From Candidatus Latescibacterota bacterium (GTDB lineage: Bacteria > Latescibacterota > UBA2968 > UBA8231), in NCBI GenBank assembly GCA_965248265.1, contig CBDFJF010000002.1, positions 1,184,001 through 1,248,000 of the forward strand: a stretch of 64,000 bases of DNA, given 5' to 3'. The stretch's first letter is position 1. Every line of letters starts with the position of its first letter. Below, one piece after another: positions 49,148 through 58,141 of this stretch. The notes beneath the pieces were generated by a model that was not told where the DNA came from, did not search any database, and saw nothing but the letters and a program-made list of their open reading frames with translations. The position numbers and the translations under genes are program-made.

Positions 49148-49245
49148 GAGAGCCAGCCCCGGGGATAACGAAGGCGAAGCGAATTCAGCAACAGACCGGC
49201 TTAGTGTTACCAATCCTACCCACTCTCGTTTCCAAGCCCGATCTG

Positions 49246-49530
49246 CCACTTACCTGCGAGTTATAAACGGGTCGGTAGTCAGTCAAGTTCGGATGTTCGG
49301 CTTTTCGAACCATGGACCGGGTTAGGCGGGATGTGTGGTCGGTGCGGCTATGGTGTGAAGGCAGCTATTTCGGGTTTGCGGCGGTGAGGACGCGGCTGGT
49401 TCGCGGTGGCGTCGACGGGTCTCGATTTAGGCCGCGGACGCTGCGAGCAGCGTTTCCACCCCTGCCGCTCGAAGCGAATGCAAGTGAGGTGCGGATCTGG
49501 GAAACGGATGAGGGGAGACGGCTGGGTGTG
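49246..49530 (-). repeat. Divergent member of the ~300-bp element family
   Basis: Shares collinear blocks (minus strand) TTCGAGCGG, GGCCTnAATCGA, TTCGA..AAGCCG, CGAnCTTGACTnnCTA, CCC.TTAT with copies 1-3; boundaries approximate. Confidence 0.6.
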
Positions 49531-49637
49531 TGCTCGGGGCAATGAGTGCGGCACCAAGCCCTTCGATCCGCGCGCCCAGCGCATGAGCTTCCGTGCCCGG
49601 ATTGTCGTCGGAGGCCTCCGGATGCTGCTTCGGTCAT
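49531..49637 (-). pseudogene. Multiply deleted tandem paralog of the upstream beta-helix gene
   Basis: Pieces MT.. / QHPEASDDNPGTE / LMRWARGSKGLVPHSLPRA match QHPEAADDNPGTE and VMRWARWSKAEVAHSLPRA of 49660-51426. Confidence 0.85.
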
Positions 49638-49659
49638 GACTCTCTGTTCTCCGATCGTG

Positions 49660-51426
49660 TTAAAGGTCCAATAGTCTCAGTCGGCGGCACACGGCCCCCC
49701 AGCCTTCGATGAACGGACCCACGGGGATTTCATCGCCGGGATACGGACGACCAAAATAGTCGAGACTCAACAGCTCGTCACGGGGCACCGTGCGGACCGC
49801 ATCGGTTTGGGACGACCAGGCCAGGCTCTGGTCCTCGGGATCGATCACCAGGTCGAGCTGGGCCATAGTGCTGTGGGTGTCCAGACCGGACGCCTGCCAG
49901 TCGCCCAGGCTGAAGCCCTCGCCCATGCCGGAGAGGATGTTGTAATCCGAGACATTCTCCATGACTTCGTAGTCGAATGCCACTGCGCACTGCACGATGA
50001 TGTTGTTGATGACGCGGTTGTGTTTGCAGAGGCCCACCCGGTCCCGGGTCGTCGTCTTCCGCATACGAACCCCGGCAAAACTGCAATTCAGTATCAGATT
50101 GTGGGCAATCAGCAGCTCGTCACAGTCCCGTTGGTAGATGCCGCTGCCCACTTCCACGTTGTAGACGATATTGTGGTCGACCACGTTGAGGACATCCGAT
50201 GCCTCGAAGAAGATCGCCCCGTTGCCAGCCGTGATGTCGTGCAGCAGATTCCGGCATACGCGCGAATTGTGGATCTTGAAATCGATCCAGATTCCGGTAG
50301 CAGCAACACAACGGTGGATGTGATTGCACTGCACCACACAGTCGATCGCGTAGAGGATCTTGATCCCTGCCGTCTCCAGATAGGACTGGATTTCCTGCCA
50401 GCCGCAATCGTGGACGTGGTTGCCAGTCATCAGGCTCCGTGCGACGACGGTTCCCTGAATGCCTCCTGTGCCGCAGTCGTATACATGATTGCCCCGCACC
50501 AGGTGGTCACCCGTGGTCTCGTACAGCTGCTGATAGTGTTTCTCGGCGCCCTCGTCGACGAACCCGCCGATCTCGATGCCCACAGAATTGATGTGACGGA
50601 CGGTGTTGTCCTCGATAATCCAGTGGTTGCCACCCCACGTCGCCACCGCGCCTTTTCCGGAGCGGATGAACCCATTGCCCGCATGCTCGAAAGTCAACCC
50701 CCTGATCCGGATGTAGCCCAACCCCTTCACCAGCGGGTTGAAGAGGTACTGCCGCGTCGTCACCTCGACTTCACAGGTGTTGGGATCGGCGCGGTCGAAG
50801 GGATGCACGAGCAGCCGATGGTTCTCTGCGTCGATCCAGAAGGCACCGGGGATCCGGGACAACACATCACACGTGGCGAGCTGGGTCAGACGCCGGCCGT
50901 TATGGAAGACGATGGCACGGGGCAAGGAGTGCGCGACCTCTGCTTTGGACCAACGGGCCCAGCGCATGACCTCGAAGTCCTCTTCGGTGGTGTTGACCAC
51001 GGCAAAAGGATGATCGCCTTCGAAGAACGTCTCGGGCAGATCGGTCATCCAAACTCTTGGCGAGCTCGGGAAGTCCGAATTCGTCCACGTCGCGCTCAGC
51101 AGGTCGGAACCGCGGATGATGGCTTCGGCGCCCGGCGCGGCCTCATAGCTGATCATCCCATCCGGCCCCGTGCCGCCGCGGCGAGGTTGGACCAACTCGC
51201 GGTAGATGCCTGACTTGATCAGCACCTTCTCCCGCGGCCCGACGACCTCGGCGGCGGCCTGAATGGTGAGGAACGGCGCCTCTTCGGTGCCCGGGTTGTC
51301 GTCGGCCGCCTCCGGATGCTGCTGATCCACGTAGTAGGCCTTCGCGTACTCCGTCTCGTCCTCCCAGACTGGGAACTGAGTCCCGTCCGGAAGAAGGATC
51401 GGTGAATCGTCATTCGGCATTGTCAT
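49660..51426 (-). CDS. Right-handed parallel beta-helix (pectin lyase-like, DUF1565-type) protein
   Basis: DDNPGT.EAPFLTIQAAA, GIYRE, WIIEDN, GIKI, GIWID; repeated N-ladders. Confidence 0.85.
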   Translation of the reverse strand: MTMPNDDSPILLPDGTQFPVWEDETEYAKAYYVDQQHPEAADDNPGTEEAPFLTIQAAAEVVGPREKVLIKSGIYRELVQPRRGGTGPDGMISYEAAPGAEAIIRGSDLLSATWTNSDFPSSPRVWMTDLPETFFEGDHPFAVVNTTEEDFEVMRWARWSKAEVAHSLPRAIVFHNGRRLTQLATCDVLSRIPGAFWIDAENHRLLVHPFDRADPNTCEVEVTTRQYLFNPLVKGLGYIRIRGLTFEHAGNGFIRSGKGAVATWGGNHWIIEDNTVRHINSVGIEIGGFVDEGAEKHYQQLYETTGDHLVRGNHVYDCGTGGIQGTVVARSLMTGNHVHDCGWQEIQSYLETAGIKILYAIDCVVQCNHIHRCVAATGIWIDFKIHNSRVCRNLLHDITAGNGAIFFEASDVLNVVDHNIVYNVEVGSGIYQRDCDELLIAHNLILNCSFAGVRMRKTTTRDRVGLCKHNRVINNIIVQCAVAFDYEVMENVSDYNILSGMGEGFSLGDWQASGLDTHSTMAQLDLVIDPEDQSLAWSSQTDAVRTVPRDELLSLDYFGRPYPGDEIPVGPFIEGWGAVCRRLRLLDL

Positions 51427-51442
51427 CTATGCCCCCCCTCTC

Positions 51443-51567
51443 TCATGATGTATAAGAACGATAAGGGCCCGCTATAGGGAGTCAAGATCGGTTGCGGCTT
51501 TGGTGTCGAACTAAACTCGAGGCTTTTTTGAGGGGCGGGATGGGTATATTGGGGTTTGTGGGGCATA
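51443..51567 (-). repeat. Non-coding dispersed element, copy 3 (short, ~125 bp)
   Basis: TCATGATGTATAAGAACGATAAGGGCCCGCTATAGGGAGTCAAGATCGGTTGCGGCTTTGGTGTCGAA...TTTTTTGAGGGG; similarity fades after ~51540. Confidence 0.9.
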
Positions 51568-51681
51568 GCGAGGGTGAAGCATGGCCCGGGCCATTCGACC
51601 ATCGTTTATCGGGACCTCAGCGTCGTGCAGGGCGAAAGAGGAGCGACGCTCATCTGCCTCCTTCGATCGCAACCAGGTCCA

Positions 51682-52827
51682 TTACCAATTCGTGACCGAT
51701 CCGTCGCGGCGACGCAGGCTAAACTCACGGGTGGAGTCCGACGGCGGCCTCAGGAGTGACTCGTCCACCTCCACGCCCAGTCCCGGCGCGTCGGGCACCA
51801 GCATGTTGGGACCGTCCGCCACCGGCTGCACCGGGTAGACCGCCTTGTCGTACCGGTCCACGTGCTCGGTTGGCGATTCGCGAATCTCCAGCCACGACAC
51901 GTTCGGAACGGCGGCGGCCAGATGGACCGTGGCGGCGGTGCAAAGTGGTCCCAGTGGGTTGTGCGGCATGAGATCGATGTAATGGGCCTCCGCTATGGCG
52001 GCGATCTTGACCGCTTCGGTAAGACCACCCACGATGCACACATCCGGGCGCGCGAAGTTCATGATGCCGCGCTCCAGGTACGGCAGGAAGTCCCACTTGC
52101 TGGTAAACTCTTCGCCGATAGCAAAGGGAACGTCCACCATGGCGCGGAGTGATTCGTACGCTTCGGGGGTCTCGGCGCGGATCGGTTCCTCCAGAAAATC
52201 GAGCGTCCCGGGAGGCATGCGGTGGCAGAGGGAGGCGGCTTCGGCCACGGTCAACCGGTGGTGATAGTCGACGCCGATGACCGCCTCTGAACCGACGGCT
52301 TCGCGCAATCGCGTGAGCCATTCGGCGGTCAGCGCTATCGACTCCCGCGGTTCGAACCGCCCTCCGGCCTCGAGCTCACCGAAGCCTATCCAGGTGCGAA
52401 TGACCTTCCAGCCGCGATCCATCAGCAGCTGTCCATCGGCGATCAGCTGATCCAGGGTGGGGGCCAGGGTGGTGGCAAAACAAGGAACGCAATCCCGCTG
52501 TTTCCCACCCAGGAGTTGATATACCGGCACCCCCAGCGCCTTGCCCGCCAGGTCGTGCAAGGCTATGTCGATGCCGGACATGGCTGCCGCAAGCACGCGG
52601 CCGCCTTCGCTGTAATGACTCCGATAGAGACGCTGCCAGTGCTCTCCGATAGCCATGGGATCCTCACCCAGCAACAGCCGGCGAAAGTGCTGCACCGCGC
52701 CGTCGACGGCCAGGGCCCGAATCCCGAATCCGGCTTCGCCCCAACCGTAGAGATCCGAATCTGTCTCCACCTTGACCAGGAACTGTTCGCACGGGCCGGT
52801 GTAGGTCTTGATGTCGGTGATTCTCAT
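51682..52827 (-). CDS. Mandelate racemase family, galactonate dehydratase-like
   Basis: LVKVETD..YGWGE, GIDIALHDL.GK, DYHHR, FLEEP, IGEE, PHNPLGP. Confidence 0.9.
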   Translation of the reverse strand: MRITDIKTYTGPCEQFLVKVETDSDLYGWGEAGFGIRALAVDGAVQHFRRLLLGEDPMAIGEHWQRLYRSHYSEGGRVLAAAMSGIDIALHDLAGKALGVPVYQLLGGKQRDCVPCFATTLAPTLDQLIADGQLLMDRGWKVIRTWIGFGELEAGGRFEPRESIALTAEWLTRLREAVGSEAVIGVDYHHRLTVAEAASLCHRMPPGTLDFLEEPIRAETPEAYESLRAMVDVPFAIGEEFTSKWDFLPYLERGIMNFARPDVCIVGGLTEAVKIAAIAEAHYIDLMPHNPLGPLCTAATVHLAAAVPNVSWLEIRESPTEHVDRYDKAVYPVQPVADGPNMLVPDAPGLGVEVDESLLRPPSDSTREFSLRRRDGSVTNW

Positions 52828-52847
52828 CGTTCACTCGAACTCCATGC

Positions 52848-55187
52848 TCAGTGACACGTCCATCCTCCGTCCACCATCTCGATGATCGCTGATTCGCCAT
52901 CTGTCGTCATGCGATCGGGCGGGACCATACTGCCATTGACCTCCACCTGCATCCCGCTGCACCCGTGCAGGACAAGAGTGTGCTCCATGGCTGTGCTGCC
53001 GAGATCGACGCTGACGGTCTCGCCGTCAACGGCAGTACGAATCTCGCAGCTTGTGTAGTCATCCCGATAGGTGAATGCGGACCTGCCATCCGGATAGATA
53101 TCCAGGAGCAACTTCTCGAGAGGCTTGTCTTCGATGTATGGCACTTCCTCCTGCATCGGAATGATAGCACCGGATTTGACAAACAGCGGCAGTACATCGA
53201 GCGGTGCGTCATAGTGATAGACCCGCCCGCCCGCGTAGGGCTCCTTTGTCCAGTAGTCGATCCACTTCCCTTCCGGGAGGTACAGATCGCGTGAGTCCAC
53301 GGCCGAGAAGACGGGCGCCGCCAGGAAGCTGTTCCCGAAGATGTATTCGTCATCTATCTCCTGAGCGATAGGATCGTCCTGGTACTCGAGCACGAGAGGC
53401 TTGATGAACGGGAGATCCATCTCCATGCATTCCCAGGCGCATGAGTATATGTAGGGAATGAGCGAGTATCGAAGCCTGTCGAACTTCCTGAATATCTCCT
53501 CCGCCAGGGCGCCGAAGTGCCACGGCTCCTTAGGGTACAATCCGTGGCATCTGGTATGTGAGGTGAACATGCCAAACTGCATCCATCGCAGATAGAGTCG
53601 TGCGTCCGGTACCACGGGGGCGGTGCCCCCTATGTCGTGGCTCCAGAACGCGACGCCGGTGAGAGCCAGCGAAAGGCCGCCGCGCAGGACCTCGCGCATG
53701 GCTTCCCAGGTCACCTGCGGGTCGCCGGCCCAGCATATGGGGTAGCGGTGCAGTCCGGTCCAACCGGAGCGAATCAGACAGATGGGCGGCTCAGACCTTC
53801 GCTCTTTCATGAAATCATATACCGACGAAGCGTAGAGCGAGGAATATACGTTGTGCATCTCCTTGCCGGTCTTGCCGTTGAAGAAGTGGGTATCTTCGGG
53901 TATGTCTTCGCCGAAATCGCACATGATCACCCCCGCGCCCCAATCTATCAGGAACGCGAGCTTGGACAGAAACCAGTCGATCGCCCCTGGATTGGTGAAG
54001 TCAACGATACCGGCCTGCGGTTGTATGCCGAGGGCTTCGATGTCAATCTTCGAGAAATCAATATCCTCCACATCCTCGGGTTGATTGGGCAGTGGGCACT
54101 GCCATAGATAGGTCTCTCCAGCGCCGTCTTGCAGGAAGAACCCCTTCCGGTCACCCTCCGCGAACATCTCCGTTTTGACGGAGACCGCGGGCTGGATCCA
54201 CACCCGCGTCTTGAAGCCTTTCTCGCGTAGCGCGGTGAACATCTGCCGAGGGTTGGGAAACTTCCTCTCGTTGAAGACGAAGTCGCAGTAGTGTCCGTTC
54301 TCGAGCCAGAACGGATCGATGCCGAGGACATCAGCCGGTATGTTCCGTTCCCTCAGAGCTGCTCCCGTCGCCTCAACCTGCTCCCTGGAGGTGTACCCGT
54401 ACCGACTCATCCACAATCCGAAGGACCACTTGGGAGGCAAGACCTCCATGCGGCCGGTGAGATCCATATAGTGGGAGATGATCTCCTTGAAGGACCCCCC
54501 GGCGATGAAGTAGAAGTCGAGACGACTATCCTCTACCGCGATGGAGTAGGCGTCAAAAGACCGTGTGGCGAGGGAGTAGTTAATCCTGGATGTGGTGTTT
54601 ATGAGAACGCCGTAGTTCTTTGAGTTCATGAAGAAGGGGATGTTCTTGTATGCCCGGTCGGAGCCGACGCCCCTGGCATCGCAGTTCCAGGCCTCCATAT
54701 TCAGGCCGCGCTTGTTGATGGGGGAGAATTTCTCACCGAAACCGTAGAGCTTTTCCTCGTGCTCGAGGGCGAAAGAGTCTATCACCGACCGAATCCGGCC
54801 GTCCTGCTGCACGAATGTGAGCGCGTCGGTGTAGCGATCGCCCACGATATCCTTGTCGTCAATCGCCTCCTTCAGGAGGGCTCGGCCGCTACTGCGTATC
54901 TCGTAGTAGTAGGGATCTCTGGAGATGTACACTTCCAGGCAACCATTGGAGGCAGTGAGTCCGTCCTCCTCCTCGCTGGCCTCTATGGGGGGAGCGTCAC
55001 TCGATGCTGCTGCTGCCTCGACATCCCGTACGTCATCGGGTGCGCCACAGGTGATGTTGATCACCTCCCTGGACACAAAGCGGAACGACATGCCAACGTC
55101 GTCCGTGTCGAACACCAGGCGCACGAGCCCCTTGCCTTCCTCCACCTGGAATGATCTCACGGCCGCAGGACACAGTCTCGTTTCCAT
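52848..55187 (-). CDS. Glycoside hydrolase family 31 (alpha-xylosidase YicI-like)
   Basis: YGFGEKF, YKNIPF, PPKWSFGLWMS, DFGE nucleophile, WAGD, WSHDIGG, RWMQFG. Confidence 0.92.
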   Translation of the reverse strand: METRLCPAAVRSFQVEEGKGLVRLVFDTDDVGMSFRFVSREVINITCGAPDDVRDVEAAAASSDAPPIEASEEEDGLTASNGCLEVYISRDPYYYEIRSSGRALLKEAIDDKDIVGDRYTDALTFVQQDGRIRSVIDSFALEHEEKLYGFGEKFSPINKRGLNMEAWNCDARGVGSDRAYKNIPFFMNSKNYGVLINTTSRINYSLATRSFDAYSIAVEDSRLDFYFIAGGSFKEIISHYMDLTGRMEVLPPKWSFGLWMSRYGYTSREQVEATGAALRERNIPADVLGIDPFWLENGHYCDFVFNERKFPNPRQMFTALREKGFKTRVWIQPAVSVKTEMFAEGDRKGFFLQDGAGETYLWQCPLPNQPEDVEDIDFSKIDIEALGIQPQAGIVDFTNPGAIDWFLSKLAFLIDWGAGVIMCDFGEDIPEDTHFFNGKTGKEMHNVYSSLYASSVYDFMKERRSEPPICLIRSGWTGLHRYPICWAGDPQVTWEAMREVLRGGLSLALTGVAFWSHDIGGTAPVVPDARLYLRWMQFGMFTSHTRCHGLYPKEPWHFGALAEEIFRKFDRLRYSLIPYIYSCAWECMEMDLPFIKPLVLEYQDDPIAQEIDDEYIFGNSFLAAPVFSAVDSRDLYLPEGKWIDYWTKEPYAGGRVYHYDAPLDVLPLFVKSGAIIPMQEEVPYIEDKPLEKLLLDIYPDGRSAFTYRDDYTSCEIRTAVDGETVSVDLGSTAMEHTLVLHGCSGMQVEVNGSMVPPDRMTTDGESAIIEMVDGGWTCH

Positions 55188-55384
55188 GAGTACGACCTTC
55201 CGTTGTTTCTCCAATTTCAGGAGATCAATAGTATCAGTCGACGACCGGGCCGTGTCGAGCGGCGTTTTTCGGGGCGTGCGTGCCGGCTGGGACCCGGTGG
55301 AGCCTACGGGGTACGAGGCGATATTCGCTTTTGCAAAGAGAAGATCTGTAGAGTGGGGAGACCAATATGGACTCGCAGCGAATT

Positions 55385-55483
55385 CTAGAGAAGGTCTGTC
55401 AGGCGATCGACCCAGGCATCAGCGGGCTTGTCGTACCACAGCCGCTGAGATCCGCTCGTGGTCTGTGCTGAAGTATCTGCCAT
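55385..55483 (-). pseudogene. 5' stub of a GH95 alpha-fucosidase-like gene
   Basis: MADTSAQTTSGSQRLWYDKPADAWVD matches the GH95 N-terminal LWY.KPA..W motif, then stops. Confidence 0.6.
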
Positions 55484-56144
55484 CAAAGTCGCGTCTTCAT
55501 TCGTCTTGGTCTCGTGCCCCCAAGCGGAGCAGCCATCGCCTGTCCGAGATGTCCGTTACCTTGCGAACCAGAGTTTCATTCCTTCGGGTGACAGCCCGAA
55601 CAGCTCCACCAGCGCCCACATGGCAATCCTCCAAGGCCAGTGACCACGTCGAGCTCTGAAATGCCAGATTGCGTAACCTCCACGATGCTCACCTATCCTC
55701 CGAATGTAGGCATCCCCAAAGGGTGTCGGACTTCTGGCCGAGGTTCCACAGAGATGCTAGACCCGCATGGCCACGAGTGAATGGCTGACTCAGTACCGGC
55801 CACCTGATACCGAATAGCAATCGGCGAGCGCTGCGCTCGCACCGCGAAACAGGAGCGGGTTTTGCACGATCGACAACGGTGCTGATACAACCTACTCTTG
55901 CCGTTGTAGCCCTGGCCGATACCGACGACAAAGGCCGGGCCAGCGCCCTTGAGCGGACCGGCGCACAGAGAGGGTGCGTCGACTATTCGAGCTGGTTCAG
56001 GGCGAGAATACCTTGCTGCACACCGGGATGGCGATGATGGCCCACGCCGCCCACATCTCCGTAACGAAATCCTCAGACGTCTTACGCTGTGGGCTTTGCG
56101 CTTGGCATACCCATCTGAATGGCAACGCCGGGGAGACACTTCTG

Positions 56145-56894
56145 ATGCCCTATCTTACATCTGACGACAAAGCCACCTTTGAAGAGAACGGCTATCTGGT
56201 CAAGCACGACACCCTCACCGAGGAACAGCTTCAGAATGCGCTCGATGTGATCTGGGAGCATCTCGAATGCGACCGGGACGACCCCGGAACCTGGATCGAC
56301 TCCGGCCCGCGCAATCCTCCCGTCGGAGACCATCCGGCAATCCTGGCCACCCTATACGAGTCCCCCATCTTCGACATGGCCGAAGAGATCGTCGGCAAGG
56401 GGAAACTCCGCAGAGACGGAAGACCGGGGCCCCACTTCCGGTTTCCGACAGGCAGAACTGACTGGAAACCCGCCTCGGGAGGCCACCTGGACGGCTACTA
56501 CACCCCGACCAACGGCGTGCCGGAAGGCACCGTGGACAAATTCAGCCTGGGCACCACCCTCTACCTGAACCACGTCGAACCCAGGGCCGGCGGCTTCACC
56601 CTGTTCCCCGGCACCCACAGGCAGGCCGCAGAGTATTTCAAGACCCACGCCCTGCCCAGCCTGAAGGGCGGCAACGCCACCTGCGACATCTTCGACATGC
56701 CCGAAGCGGTCGAGGTCACCGGCCCGCGCGGAACGGTCTGCTTCTGGCACGGACAGCTGGTGCACACCGGCAGCCAGAACTACGGCAAAGAGATCCGGAT
56801 GGCCCTCATCAGCCGCCTGCACCGGATCGACAACGACGACATCCTTTTCGAAAGCCACGACGACATCTGGGAATACTACGAAGGGATCGAATAA
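56145..56894 (+). CDS. PhyH-like dioxygenase
   Basis: FEENGYLV, GHLDGY, GGFTLFPGTH, GTVCFWHG.LVH, RMAL; GGAG before MPYL. Confidence 0.88.
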   Translation: MPYLTSDDKATFEENGYLVKHDTLTEEQLQNALDVIWEHLECDRDDPGTWIDSGPRNPPVGDHPAILATLYESPIFDMAEEIVGKGKLRRDGRPGPHFRFPTGRTDWKPASGGHLDGYYTPTNGVPEGTVDKFSLGTTLYLNHVEPRAGGFTLFPGTHRQAAEYFKTHALPSLKGGNATCDIFDMPEAVEVTGPRGTVCFWHGQLVHTGSQNYGKEIRMALISRLHRIDNDDILFESHDDIWEYYEGIE

Positions 56895-56956
56895 ACCGAT
56901 CATGGTTCAAGGGGTCGCCCGCCCGGTCACCTCTACGGCCTTTCACAGGAGCTACC

Positions 56957-57736
56957 ATGAACCTGAGCTTCAGCCCGACCGTCTGTCCAGAAGCTCTCCT
57001 CTCCGACGCCCTCGAAATGGCCAAAAACGCCGGCTTTGACAGAATCGGACTCTTCCGGGCCTGGACCGAAAGCAGTCCGATCCATCCCGACACCTCGGTC
57101 CGGGTGGTCCGCGAATGCCTTCAAGCGGCCGGTGTCACTCTCACCGGCCTGAACGTCCGCAATCTCACCGGCCGCAAAGCCGATTCGGACGAACGCAACC
57201 TGCACTACAACCTGCGGCAGGTGGAGTGGGACATCCACCTGGCCCGGGCGCTCGGCCTAAAAACCGCCAATCTCAAAGGGGGCGCCCGAACGCAGGAAGC
57301 CCAGGAGGACCTGATCGAAGGTGTCAACCAGCTCCTGGAACGGGTCCCGGACGTCACTCTGAACCTGGGAAACCACATGGGCAACCGCCTGCAGGATCTG
57401 GCCGATTACCAGACCGTCATGCCCCACCTGGACAGCCGCGTCAGAATCCTCCTCGACACCGGACAGCTCCTCTCCGCCGCCGGTGACATCCTTCAATTTG
57501 CCGAAACCTTTGCCGACCGAATCGGCCTGGTCCACCTCAGGGACCAGCAGGGAGATCAACCGGTGCCCTTCGGAGAAGGCGACCTTCCCTTCGAAGGTCT
57601 GATTCGCACCCTGAAAGGGGCCGGCTACGACGGCACCCTCGTCGTCGAACTCGAAGGCGTCACCTGGGCCGACCCGGCAGAGGCGGCCCGAACGGCACGC
57701 GAATATGTCGAAACGATCCTGGCGGCCTCCCGATGA
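56957..57736 (+). CDS. Sugar phosphate isomerase/epimerase TIM barrel (several usual metal ligands substituted)
   Basis: AGFDRIGL, LGNH, LDTGQ, VHLRD, PFGEG, GYDG..VVELE; AGGAG RBS. Confidence 0.8.
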   Translation: MNLSFSPTVCPEALLSDALEMAKNAGFDRIGLFRAWTESSPIHPDTSVRVVRECLQAAGVTLTGLNVRNLTGRKADSDERNLHYNLRQVEWDIHLARALGLKTANLKGGARTQEAQEDLIEGVNQLLERVPDVTLNLGNHMGNRLQDLADYQTVMPHLDSRVRILLDTGQLLSAAGDILQFAETFADRIGLVHLRDQQGDQPVPFGEGDLPFEGLIRTLKGAGYDGTLVVELEGVTWADPAEAARTAREYVETILAASR

Positions 57737-57836
57737 AGGAATTCGTCGAAGTGGAAGATGGAGGTCCGATGTCGGCGGCCGGGCCGCAGCGTGTTCACTC
57801 TGATCCTAACCCTACTCACACACCGACATAACTGCG

Positions 57837-58080
57837 ATGGAATATCGACAACTTGGAACCGACGGACTAGAGATACCCGTCATCGGCCTGGGCGGCGGCC
57901 CCTCGGCGGCGGCATGGGCGCCATGGACGATCGGACCGCGATCGATATCGTGCGCAGTGCCATCGACGAAGGCGTCACCCTCGTCGACGCGGCGCAGGGT
58001 CCGCACTAGTGAAGAGCGCGTCGGCAGAGCTTTGAAGGACGGCTACCGCGACCGCTGCTTCCTCGCCAGCAAGGTCAGTA
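57837..58080 (+). pseudogene. Truncated, frameshifted aldo/keto reductase
   Basis: MEYRQLG..GLEIPVIGLG / PLGGGMG..AIDEGVTLVD / SEERVGRAL..FLASKV with two frame switches; cut at the AT-rich island. Confidence 0.85.
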
Positions 58081-58081
58081 G

Positions 58082-58134
58082 GAGGCCACTGATGCCAGAG
58101 AGAAGAAAATTGGAAAAAGAGCGAGAGATAACAC
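58082..58134 (-). pseudogene. 5' stub of a third membrane/spermidine-synthase paralog
   Basis: VLSLALFPIF(F)LSGISGL after restoring one base, vs FALFAIFFFSGISGL in the intact gene. Confidence 0.6.
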
Positions 58135-58141
58135 GAGGACC

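Noticed and set aside
49531-49637. Diversity-generating retroelement template repeat
   Set aside because: Mismatches to the intact gene are not adenine-specific, pieces are discontinuous and no reverse transcriptase is present.
28261-51567. CRISPR array or classical MITE
   Set aside because: Copies are kilobases apart and too long; no terminal inverted repeats or target-site duplications seen; no cas genes.
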